From: Nitrosococcus oceani ATCC 19707
Lineage (GTDB): Bacteria; Pseudomonadota; Gammaproteobacteria; Nitrosococcales; Nitrosococcaceae
Direction: 5' to 3'
Length of the DNA stretch: 32,000 nucleotides
Assembly (NCBI RefSeq): GCF_000012805.1
Contig: NC_007484.1
Coordinates: forward strand, 510,001-542,000
Made by a program: the position numbers and the translations under genes. Position 1 is the first letter of the stretch. Each line of letters opens with the position of its first letter. This document shows, one piece after another, positions 1-7,633 of this stretch. The notes under the pieces are model-generated. The model ran no database searches and was not told where the DNA came from. It saw only the letters and a program-made list of their open reading frames with translations.

Positions 1-2
1 CT

Positions 3-305
3 TACGCCATTGTGGCGCTTGTTGGATTATCTGTATTGGGGTTGTCATTGCTCGCGGCAGCTTTCTGGCGTCCTCCCTCCAGGCCATTGCGGGCGCCCGA
101 TTCTTGGAAGAAATACCGTTTCGGTTTTGCCACTTATTCGCTTATTTTTGTGGCCTTCGATATGGAAATGATTTTTATGTATCCCTGGGCGGTAGTCTTT
201 GCAGAGATTGGATTGAAAGCGTTTCTCGATATGCTGGTATTTATTGCGTTGCTGGGCGGTGGCATTACTTATGTGTGGGGAATGGGCGGATTGAAATGGG
301 AGTGA
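3..305 (+). CDS. nuoA: Complex I subunit A (NuoA/ND3)-like; 5' end probably beyond the window edge
   Basis: The frame is open from base 3 (track ORF 12..305). It has TM helices and the family motif FDMEMIFMYPWA. The stop TGA 303-305 overlaps the next start (ATG 296 or ATG 305). Confidence 0.8.
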   Translation, partial: YAIVALVGLSVLGLSLLAAAFWRPPSRPLRAPDSWKKYRFGFATYSLIFVAFDMEMIFMYPWAVVFAEIGLKAFLDMLVFIALLGGGITYVWGMGGLKWE

Positions 306-1228
306 TGACAAGCGTATTAGCCACCGTGGCCGCGCTCTTGGCGGGGGTAGGGCTTACGGCCTGGCTGGAGCCTAAGTGGCTTGGCGCTAACGGCGAGCGG
401 GGACCGGCAAGTCCCGTGAAAATTGCCGCCGATGTGCGGTTAACTCAGCCCGATCCCTGGCTCTATTACGCCGGGCCGGTAATCGCGTGTATGGGCGTGA
501 GCTGGGCCATGGTCTGCATTCCCTTTAGTCCTTCCCTGGTAGGCAATGATGTCAATATCGGGCTTTTTTATTTCATCGTTGTGGTTGATTTCGTAGTGCT
601 GGGTATTGCCTTGGGCGGATGGGGTGCCAACACCCCCGATAGTGTTGAATCCTGTTATCGGGCTATCGCCCAATTGATTGCCTATGTGATTCCCCTCGGG
701 CTAGCGATTATCGGTCCGATTATGATGGCCCGCTCCTTATCGACGGTCCACATTGTTGAGGCGCAGGCCAACGCCCAGCTTTGGTATCTCATCCCCCAGC
801 CAATTGGTTTTATTCTTTATGTGATATCGGGATTGATGCAAGTGTATCGGGCGCCTTTTCTGGAACCCTTTGCCGATCCCATTGGCCGGGGTGTGCTAAG
901 CGTGTTTGGCGGCTGGAAGGGTTTGCTCTGGCGGCTCGCCTTGTCAGGGGTGCTTTTTGTGGTCGCCGCCATGGGAGCAGTCATTTTTCTCGGCGGCTAT
1001 AGCGGGCCGTTCCTGCCAGGGCCGGTTTGGATGGTCATCAAGACCGTGGGGCTAATGGTCCTCATGATTTGGTTGGGGCGCCAGGTGCGGTTATTGAGCG
1101 TGGCTGAAATGCTCAGCCTGTCATGGAAAGTACTTATCCCGGTAGGTTTATTGAACGTGCTGCTAGTGGGCGGATTAATTTTGTTGGGTGCCGGTCAAGA
1201 CCCCTTTTCTCCTGGAGGAGGCCACTGA
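296..1228 (+). CDS. nuoH: Divergent complex I subunit H (NuoH/ND1)-like polytopic membrane protein
   Basis: Track ORF 104..1228. The 5' part overlaps nuoA, so I start at ATG 296 (alternative ATG 305 in a TGATG overlap). ND1-like blocks are present (GWGAN..YRAIAQLIAY, IPQPIGFILY, YRAPF), but many family-conserved acidic residues are replaced. Confidence 0.7.
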   Translation: MGVMTSVLATVAALLAGVGLTAWLEPKWLGANGERGPASPVKIAADVRLTQPDPWLYYAGPVIACMGVSWAMVCIPFSPSLVGNDVNIGLFYFIVVVDFVVLGIALGGWGANTPDSVESCYRAIAQLIAYVIPLGLAIIGPIMMARSLSTVHIVEAQANAQLWYLIPQPIGFILYVISGLMQVYRAPFLEPFADPIGRGVLSVFGGWKGLLWRLALSGVLFVVAAMGAVIFLGGYSGPFLPGPVWMVIKTVGLMVLMIWLGRQVRLLSVAEMLSLSWKVLIPVGLLNVLLVGGLILLGAGQDPFSPGGGH

Positions 1229-1229
1229 G

Positions 1230-2027
1230 ATGGAAGTGAGTCCGGTGCTGCAATGGGCCGCCTTTGGGATCTTCGCTTTTATCAGCATCGCCGGAGCCTT
1301 GGGCATGGCTACGACCATGAGCATGTTTCGCAGCGGTATTTTTCTGATGGCTTCATTTATTGGGGTGGCGGGATTGTTTATTTTATTGCTTGCGGACTTG
1401 CTGGCCCTGTTGCAGATCATGATGTACATCGGCGGTATGTTGGTGATGATTCTGTTCATGCTGCTGTTCAGCGGCGATCCCGGCGGTGGGATGATGAGCA
1501 CTCATATGCGGCTTCGGGGTCCTGAGTGGTTCTTTAGCCTGGGTTTGGCCCGCTCCCCATCCGGAACGGATGGGAATAACGCTAATGATTCCTCGGATAA
1601 GGAAGAAGACCAGCGTGATCAGGCCAGGGACAGCCACCAAGAGGAAGGGGAGAAGGAGGAGAGTAACGACATGTCCATGTTTACCCCTGCTAAGCGGGGG
1701 GCCGCTGGGCTGGCGCTAGGTATCGGCGTTTTACTGATCGCGCTGCTGCTGTGGCGGCCCCATTGGGCGGTGGTGGCGCAAATGCCGGATCCGGACTCAC
1801 CCCGCCGTATTGGCCACTTGCTCATGGATAAATACATGATCGCTTTTGAAGGCGCGGGGCTGCTTATTCTACTGGGTATTTTCGGCGCCGTTCTGCTGCA
1901 ACGCCCTGGCAAATATCCTGACTCGGCCCACCGGGAGGAACTCCGGGCCGCGGTAGAGGATGCGCCCGCCCCGGTGAAAACCGATCCACTTAAACCCTTA
2001 GGGCTGGATCGCGATAGGGAAAAATAA
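1230..2027 (+). CDS. nuoJ: Complex I subunit J (NuoJ/ND6)-like with a long acidic low-complexity insertion
   Basis: ATG 1230 lies 1 nt after the nuoH stop, with the SD 'ggaggagg' at 1214-1221. The N-terminal TM1-3 region looks like NuoJ (FGIFAFISIAGALGM...LLQIMMYIGGMLVMILF). The insertion 'NNANDSSDKEEDQRDQARDSHQEEGEKEESND' precedes the last TM segments. Confidence 0.75.
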   Translation: MEVSPVLQWAAFGIFAFISIAGALGMATTMSMFRSGIFLMASFIGVAGLFILLLADLLALLQIMMYIGGMLVMILFMLLFSGDPGGGMMSTHMRLRGPEWFFSLGLARSPSGTDGNNANDSSDKEEDQRDQARDSHQEEGEKEESNDMSMFTPAKRGAAGLALGIGVLLIALLLWRPHWAVVAQMPDPDSPRRIGHLLMDKYMIAFEGAGLLILLGIFGAVLLQRPGKYPDSAHREELRAAVEDAPAPVKTDPLKPLGLDRDREK

Positions 2028-2055
2028 AATTTATGCTGTCCTTAAAGATGGCCCC

Positions 2056-2370
2056 ATGATCGCTATTCCCTTAACCGCCTTCTTGCTGGTGGCGGCTGTT
2101 CTTTTCGCCATTGGGCTATATGCCGTCATCGCCCAACGCACCGCGGTGATGGTGCTGATGGGAATTGAGCTGCTGCTGAATGCGACGGGATTGAACCTGG
2201 TGGCTTTTTGGCGGTTCACCGCTCCCCAGGATTATTCCGGCCAAATTTTCGTGATCATTATCGTGACCATTGGGGCGATCGAAATGGCCATCGGGTTGGC
2301 AATCATGATGTTGTTATATCGCCGCCACCAGACCGTGCAGGTGGATAAATATAAAGAGTTAAAGGGATGA
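2056..2370 (+). CDS. nuoK: Complex I subunit K (NuoK/ND4L)
   Basis: A 104-aa protein with three TM helices. Both family-typical membrane glutamates are present (GIELLLNA and GAIEMAIGLA). Confidence 0.85.
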   Translation: MIAIPLTAFLLVAAVLFAIGLYAVIAQRTAVMVLMGIELLLNATGLNLVAFWRFTAPQDYSGQIFVIIIVTIGAIEMAIGLAIMMLLYRRHQTVQVDKYKELKG

Positions 2371-2421
2371 GGGTGTTACTACTGGCAGTGCCCCTAGCTC
2401 CCTTGGCCATGGCGGCGCTGA

Positions 2422-4068
2422 TTGCCAGGCCGTGGGAGTGGACTTGCCGTCGGAGGGATTTTTATCTCCGCCCTGGCGGTGTTGCCCTTATCCGGCGCCG
2501 ATGCCGAGGTGGCGTTGACCTGGTTCACGGTGGGCCCCTTTGAGCTGACGGTGAGTCTGGCGGCCGATAGGCTGGGTTGGTGGATGGCCACGCTGGTTGC
2601 CTGGATTGCATTGCCCGTGGCCGTTTATTCGGTACCCTACATGGCCGATGAGGCGGGCCGCCAGCGGTTTTTTGCGTGGCTGAGCTTTTTTGTAGGGATG
2701 ATGCTCGCCTTGGTGCTGAGTCAGTCATTGCTATTGCTATTTATCGCCTGGGAAGGAGTAGGGCTGGCCTCTTTTGTATTAATTGGCCAGCACCACGGGC
2801 AAGCCAAGGCCCGGCAAGCCGCCTTCAAGGCCCTGCTCATGACCCGGCTGGGGGACATGGGCCTACTGCTTGGTTGGCTGTGGATGCTGATGATCACCGG
2901 CACCACCCAGTTACCGCCTTTTTTTCAGCAGGTGGAGGATGGAGCTTTTACCGCTGGGACGCTCAATCTGCTGGCTCTGTTGTTTTTTCTGGCGGCTATA
3001 GGAAAAAGCGCTCAATTACCCTTGACTGCTTGGCTTCCCGAAGCGATGGCGGCTCCGACGCCGGTATCAGCCTTGATTCATTCGGCCACCATGGCCGCCG
3101 CTGGGGTGTTTTTGGTGTTGCGGTTATTTCCCTTGTTTGAGCATGCCCCCTTAGCGTTAGCAGTGGTGTTGTGGGTTGGCGCCTTCACCGCCCTGATCGC
3201 CGCCTTGGTGGCGACCGCCCAATATGATTTAAAGCGCCTTCTTGCCTGGTCCACCGTCTCCCAGCTGGGCGAAATGATGCTTGCACTGGGGCTCGGAGGG
3301 CCATTGGGCGCCGCTTTTCATTTGACCGTCCATGCCACTTTCAAATCGGCGCTTTTTCTCAGCGTTGGCGCCCTGGAGCGGGCCACCGGCACCCGGGATC
3401 TGCGTCAGCTTGGCGGGTTGGGAAAGCGCTTGCCGTGGACGGCGGGCGCCTTTATTGCTTCTGCCTTGGCGTTGGCGGGCTTTCCCTTGTTATCGGGCTA
3501 TTGGAGTGAGGAGGAACTGCTAAGGCAGGCCGTTTCCGTCCATACCGCTTGGGGAGTTTTCATGCTGGTGCTGATTTTACTGGCTGGAATCTATATAGGC
3601 CGGGCCGCTATGGCCACTTTCGGGTTAGCGCCCCAGGCGGTCATGCCAGCGAATCGGCGAGAATCGGCGCCCCTAGTTGGACCTGCCCTGGGTTTGGCCC
3701 TTGCCGCCGCCGGGTTGGGAGCGATCATTAAAACCCCCATCGAGTCCATGTTGTCCTTCGAGGCCGGCAGCGCGACCCTGACTGGGGCCTGGACCCTGAG
3801 TGCCATTCTGGCAAGCCTGGTGGGATTAGGAGTGGGCGCATGGCGGGTTTACCACTGGGGGCCAGCGCCCGCCCTGGGCGGTTGGCCTAGCAGGCTGGTC
3901 GTTATCATCCATGGTTTAGTCTCTGGGGTTGCCCGTGCTGCTAAAGCCGGCGCGCTGGTGCTGGTCTGGTTGGAACGGGGCTTTGATGGAGCAGCGCGAT
4001 CTTTCCCCACTGGAATAGATAGAGTTAGTCGCCAATCGGATAGGAGGCCAATTGGAACAGGGCCTTGA
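2422..4068 (+). CDS. nuoL: Complex I subunit L (NuoL/ND5)-like, main body; the gene appears broken at both ends by frame changes
   Basis: Antiporter-like motifs are present: FIAWEGVGLASFVLIG (TM5 Glu), AAIGKSAQLPLTAWLPEAMAAPTPVSALIHSATM (TM7 Lys) and HATFKSALFL (TM12 Lys). The track start is TTG 2422. A better-looking start (ATG 2367, ATGA overlap with the nuoK stop, hydrophobic MRVLLLAVPLAPLAMAALIA) is in another frame. Confidence 0.8.
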   Translation: MPGRGSGLAVGGIFISALAVLPLSGADAEVALTWFTVGPFELTVSLAADRLGWWMATLVAWIALPVAVYSVPYMADEAGRQRFFAWLSFFVGMMLALVLSQSLLLLFIAWEGVGLASFVLIGQHHGQAKARQAAFKALLMTRLGDMGLLLGWLWMLMITGTTQLPPFFQQVEDGAFTAGTLNLLALLFFLAAIGKSAQLPLTAWLPEAMAAPTPVSALIHSATMAAAGVFLVLRLFPLFEHAPLALAVVLWVGAFTALIAALVATAQYDLKRLLAWSTVSQLGEMMLALGLGGPLGAAFHLTVHATFKSALFLSVGALERATGTRDLRQLGGLGKRLPWTAGAFIASALALAGFPLLSGYWSEEELLRQAVSVHTAWGVFMLVLILLAGIYIGRAAMATFGLAPQAVMPANRRESAPLVGPALGLALAAAGLGAIIKTPIESMLSFEAGSATLTGAWTLSAILASLVGLGVGAWRVYHWGPAPALGGWPSRLVVIIHGLVSGVARAAKAGALVLVWLERGFDGAARSFPTGIDRVSRQSDRRPIGTGP

Positions 4069-4387
4069 TAAAACAGGACGATTTTTTTGCCGGGGAGCGT
4101 TGTTTTTGGCCCAGGGTGTTCTGTTGTATGAAAGATTTTTCAATGCCGGCGCCCACGCTAGCAGCGGCGCGATTATGACGGTTGGTCGGGCAACGGCAAG
4201 CTTTGAGTCGCAAATATGGGGGGTGGGTCATGACCGCCTGGCGGGGTTTTTCCAGTGGGCCGGGCAAAAGCTGCGCCTATCGCAGAGCGGCAAACTTTAT
4301 CTTTATACCTTGAGCGTGTTTGCTTTTATTCTGCTGATAGGGGTAGGGATTGTCATGGTTTGGCTATTGCTGGAAAGAGGCTATTAA
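4052..4387 (+). CDS. NuoL C-terminal segment (lateral-helix / last-TM-like) encoded in the +1 frame relative to the nuoL body
   Basis: Track ORF of 111 aa. It ends '...AGQKLRLSQSGKLYLYTLSVFAFILLIGVGIVMVW', which resembles the NuoL C-terminal 'lr.lQtG.l..Y + final TM' block. It overlaps the end of the main nuoL frame by 17 nt. Confidence 0.55.
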   Translation: MEQGLDKTGRFFCRGALFLAQGVLLYERFFNAGAHASSGAIMTVGRATASFESQIWGVGHDRLAGFFQWAGQKLRLSQSGKLYLYTLSVFAFILLIGVGIVMVWLLLERGY

Positions 4388-4409
4388 ACCGCAAGGTATC
4401 CTATTTACT

Positions 4410-5885
4410 ATGCTGAGCCTGACTATTTTTTTACCTTTAATCACGGCCTTGGTAGTGTTAATCCTGCCCCGTTCACGCCCCTTTCTGATTCGCTGGGTCG
4501 CATTGGCGGGTGCGGTGCTGACCTTTGCCGCCGCCTTGGGATTACTGGCTGGGTTTGATACCGGCAGGCCAGGATTGCAGTGGCGCACTAGGCTGCCTTG
4601 GATCCCTCCCGTCAATGCGGCCTACGATGTAGGCGTCAATGGCTTTTCGCTGGCGCTGATTTTACTGACAGCATGGTTGCTGGTCACCGTGATGGTCTAT
4701 GTGCTGCGAAATGACAATCGCCCCAAGGGCCATGCCGCGCTTTTCCTGCTAATGGCAACCGGTTTGCTGGGGGTCTTCGCCGCCCAGGATTTGCTGCTGT
4801 TTTATCTTTTCTTTGAAGTGGGCCTAGTGCCCATGTATTTCATTATCGGCATCTGGGGCCACGACAATCGCCGCTACGCCGCCATGAAATTTTTTCTTTA
4901 TACCCGGGCCGCCAGTTTGGCGATGCTGCTAAGCTTTTTGGCGTTGTATCTGTTGATGGAGCCCCATACCTTTTCCCTGCCTGCTATCATTGAGGCTCAA
5001 CCCCTGGCCCAGGCGGGCGGGGCTGGCGGCTGGGTCATGCTCGGGATGCTCATCGGCTTTGGCGTGAAACTGCCCACCGTGCCCCTTCATAACTGGCTGC
5101 CCGATGCCCACGTGGAAGCGCCCACCGAAGGCAGCGTGATGCTTGCTGGCATTCAACTCAAGATGGGCGCTTATGGCCTGCTCGCCATCATGCTGCCCAT
5201 TATGCCGCAGGTGGTGTTTGATTATGCTTGGCTTTTGCTGGCGCTGGCCTTGGTTTCCCTCGTCTATGGGTCACTAGCCGCGCTAGCCCAGCAGGATTTA
5301 AAGCGTCTTATTGCTTATACCTCCATCAATCATATGGGATATATCATGTTGGCGGGGGCCTTAGCTGTGTTGGCGCCCACCGCCGGCACCCAAGAGTTAG
5401 CCTTAAATGGCGGTATTTATCAGATTATCAGCCATGGCTTGTTGACGGGGGGGATGTTTTTCGCTGTGGGAATGATTCAAGATCAAACGGGGACGCGGGA
5501 GATGGGCCGGCTTAGGGGACTCTCCCGGCAAGCTTCCGCTTTTTCCTTGCTGACCGGCGTGCTGGTGTTCGGCTCCCTAGGATTACCCGGGCTTTCGGGA
5601 TTTATTGGAGAATTTCAAGTATTAGGAGCGGCCGTTTCCTGGAATCTCTGGATCGCCGGGGTGGCCCTGGTGGCGTTAGTGATCACCACGGGCTTATATC
5701 TGCGTATCGTGATCTCGGTGCTATGGGGCGAGCCCCGTACGGGGACAGGGGCTATGAAGGAGCCGGAGGGACGAAAGCTGGCGGTCATGGGCAGTTTAGT
5801 AATGTTATCCCTGTGGCTGGGGCTGTTGCCGGCAGGGTTGCTGGGGGTGATTCAAGAGACCGTCCGGAGTTTGGCGGCAGGATGA
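4410..5885 (+). CDS. nuoM: Complex I subunit M (NuoM/ND4)
   Basis: ATG 4410 gives the typical N-terminus MLSLTIFLPLITALVVL. Motifs are LFYLFFEVGLVPMYFIIGIWG, GFGVKLPTVPLHNWLPDAHVEAPT and GIQLKMGAYG. The track start at 4350 is an upstream extension. Confidence 0.9.
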   Translation: MLSLTIFLPLITALVVLILPRSRPFLIRWVALAGAVLTFAAALGLLAGFDTGRPGLQWRTRLPWIPPVNAAYDVGVNGFSLALILLTAWLLVTVMVYVLRNDNRPKGHAALFLLMATGLLGVFAAQDLLLFYLFFEVGLVPMYFIIGIWGHDNRRYAAMKFFLYTRAASLAMLLSFLALYLLMEPHTFSLPAIIEAQPLAQAGGAGGWVMLGMLIGFGVKLPTVPLHNWLPDAHVEAPTEGSVMLAGIQLKMGAYGLLAIMLPIMPQVVFDYAWLLLALALVSLVYGSLAALAQQDLKRLIAYTSINHMGYIMLAGALAVLAPTAGTQELALNGGIYQIISHGLLTGGMFFAVGMIQDQTGTREMGRLRGLSRQASAFSLLTGVLVFGSLGLPGLSGFIGEFQVLGAAVSWNLWIAGVALVALVITTGLYLRIVISVLWGEPRTGTGAMKEPEGRKLAVMGSLVMLSLWLGLLPAGLLGVIQETVRSLAAG

Positions 5886-7294
5886 AACTTTGGGCGCTCA
5901 TCCCCGAGCTTATCCTGGGGGGGTCATGCTTGCTATTGGTCCCCCTTGCCGGCTGGGTGCGGGGTAAATGGCGGATGCTGCCAGGGCTAATGGCCCTGCT
6001 GGGTCTGCTTGCCTGCCTGGTGGCGACTGCCAGAATGCTTCCCTGGCAGCCGGTGACGGCCTTTCACGGTAGTTACGCCATTGATGGTTTCGCCCATTTT
6101 TTCAAGCTAATTATTGAATTAAGCAGTCTGCTTACGGTGGCGCTGCTCATGATATATTTCCGCGGCCACTCCCAGCAGGCCCCGGCAGCGGTCGCGGTGA
6201 TTTTCGCCACTTTGGGCGCCGTGGGGTTGGCTTCTAGCCGGGATCTGGGGTTAATCGTGCTTTTCTTTCAGATGATGAGCATGGCGGGCTATGTGCTGGC
6301 CGCCCTTGAGCGTCACCACCGGCCTGCCTTAGAAGCCGCCCTTAAATATTTTATTTATGCGGGGGTCACCTTAGCCACCATGGCCTATGGGCTGACTTTC
6401 TTTTACGGCTTGACGGGTAGTCTTAATTTGCAAGTGATTGGATCGGATTTGCAGGACGCTGATGGGCTGTGGGTGACCTTGGCCCTGATTTTGATTCTCG
6501 TTGGTTATGGCTTTGAGATTACGTTGGCGCCCTTTCATGTGTGGGCTCCGGATGTATTTTCCGGCGCGACGGCGCCAGTGGCCGGCTTTCTTGCCGTTGT
6601 GCCCAAAGCGGCTGGCATAGCGGCCCTGCTGCGTTTTATGCTGGAAGGAATGCCCGGTGAAATGGTGGGATGGCCCCTCTGGCTCGCTATAGGCGCCGCC
6701 ATGACCATGACGCTGGGTAATGTCGTCGCCCTGGGGCAGAATCATCTTAAACGCTTGCTGGCCTGGTCGAGCATCGCCCACGCCGGATATCTTCTCATGG
6801 CGGTAGCCGTGGCTGAACGGGCGCCGGAGGCTTTGGCGGCCATTGGTTATTACTTCGCTGCTTATTTGTTTATGACCCTGGGCGCATTTGCAGTGGGCGC
6901 TCATTTGGAACGCGCGGCAGGCAGCGATTCGTATGAAGCGCTTCGTGGCTTAAGTCAACGCGCGCCTATGGGAGCCGGGGTGTTGGCCCTATGCCTGTTG
7001 TCGCTGGCAGGCATCCCGCCCCTGGCCGGTTTTGCCGGCAAAGTTTTTTTGCTAGAAGCAGTGCTTGACGGGGAAATGATATGGCTTGCCGTTATCGCGG
7101 CGATTAATATGACCCTGGCGCTCTATTATTATGTCAAGATTATTGCCGAGATATATCTTTACTCTCCTGTCCGCACTTATTCTATGCCTACAGGAGGCGG
7201 TTACCTTATTGTTTACAGCGGGTGTGTGTTGGGCATTCTCGGCTTGGGGATCTGGCCTGGACCGTTGCTGGTATTGCTTGAATTAATGGGATAA
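5882..7294 (+). CDS. nuoN: Complex I subunit N (NuoN/ND2)-like
   Basis: ATG 5882 overlaps the nuoM stop (ATGA). Motifs are LAPFHVWAPDVFSGATAPVAGFLAVVPKAAG, LKRLLAWSSIAHAGY and GIPPLAGFAGKVFLL. The track start at 5723 lies inside nuoM. Confidence 0.85.
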   Translation: MKLWALIPELILGGSCLLLVPLAGWVRGKWRMLPGLMALLGLLACLVATARMLPWQPVTAFHGSYAIDGFAHFFKLIIELSSLLTVALLMIYFRGHSQQAPAAVAVIFATLGAVGLASSRDLGLIVLFFQMMSMAGYVLAALERHHRPALEAALKYFIYAGVTLATMAYGLTFFYGLTGSLNLQVIGSDLQDADGLWVTLALILILVGYGFEITLAPFHVWAPDVFSGATAPVAGFLAVVPKAAGIAALLRFMLEGMPGEMVGWPLWLAIGAAMTMTLGNVVALGQNHLKRLLAWSSIAHAGYLLMAVAVAERAPEALAAIGYYFAAYLFMTLGAFAVGAHLERAAGSDSYEALRGLSQRAPMGAGVLALCLLSLAGIPPLAGFAGKVFLLEAVLDGEMIWLAVIAAINMTLALYYYVKIIAEIYLYSPVRTYSMPTGGGYLIVYSGCVLGILGLGIWPGPLLVLLELMG

Positions 7295-7370
7295 ATAATT
7301 CCTTGTATAATCGCTGCTAAGCTAACCGTGCTATCCCCACCCATTGCATGTCTGAAGCGTTCAACTCACA

Positions 7371-7397
7371 AACCGGAGACATCCTTGTCTACCGGTT
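7371..7397. terminator. Imperfect hairpin between convergent nuoN and the DUF1328 gene (likely bidirectional terminator)
   Basis: 'aaccggagaca-tcct-tgtctaccggtt' lies between the two stop codons. It is conserved in repeat copy B. Confidence 0.55.
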
Positions 7398-7418
7398 CTG
7401 AGTGAAGCCATATCCGCT

Positions 7419-7589
7419 CTAGAGAGGAGGCCGCCCCCGCCGTCCTAAAAGCAAGAAAACCACAAATAAAATAAGCCCTACCACAAATAGAATCCACGCA
7501 ATGTGGGTAGCCACTCCTGCCAATCCTGTAAAGCCAAAGAGCGCTGCTATAAGCGCGATAATCAAAAAAGTTACTGCCCATCCGAACAT
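7419..7589 (-). CDS. DUF1328 (UPF0391, YtjA-like) small membrane protein, 56 aa
   Basis: My own translation is [56 protein letters not shown]. The SD 'gaggagg' lies 6-7 nt upstream. It is below the track's 60-aa cutoff; track ORF 7366..7581 is the wrong frame. Confidence 0.85.
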   Translation of the reverse strand: MFGWAVTFLIIALIAALFGFTGLAGVATHIAWILFVVGLILFVVFLLLGRRGRPPL

Positions 7590-7626
7590 TTTTTCCTCCT
7601 CGTGTATTCTATATTTACGAAATAAA

Positions 7627-7633
7627 AGTATAG
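7627..7633 (-). promoter_or_regulatory. Candidate sigma-S-type -10 element (CTATACT) for the DUF1328 gene
   Basis: The minus strand reads 'gaaCTATACTttt' about 38 nt upstream of the ATG. It is conserved in copy B. Confidence 0.35.

Noticed and set aside
104-295. Long N-terminal extensions suggested by the track (104 for nuoH, 1188 for nuoJ, 4350 for nuoM, 5723 for nuoN, 27627 for tnpB, 29561 for gcvT, 25263 for the VOC gene)
   Set aside because: The extensions overlap the preceding gene or IS end and lack an SD. Internal ATGs with an SD or stop/start coupling give family-typical N-termini.
2409-2478. Possibility that the nuoL 5' frame break is caused by a repeat-flanked 64-nt insertion ('tggcgg' repeats at ~2410 and ~2474)
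   Set aside because: The repeats are short and gapped. Deleting the segment would also remove the second TM helix expected before the 'LTWF' block. A single-nucleotide shift explains the data better.
1253-7000. Numerous 60-180-aa ORFs overlapping the nuo genes on either strand (e.g. 1619..1912 -, 2676..3140 +, 6371..6904 -)
   Set aside because: These are typical GC-rich shadow ORFs inside strongly supported membrane-protein genes. They have Arg/Pro/Gly-rich composition and no independent signals.
7366-7581. Track ORFs 7366..7581 (-) and 9078..9293 (-), 71 aa each
   Set aside because: They are the wrong reading frame across the DUF1328 genes. The frame starting at 7589 / 9301 has an SD and gives a clean, recognisable 56-aa membrane protein.
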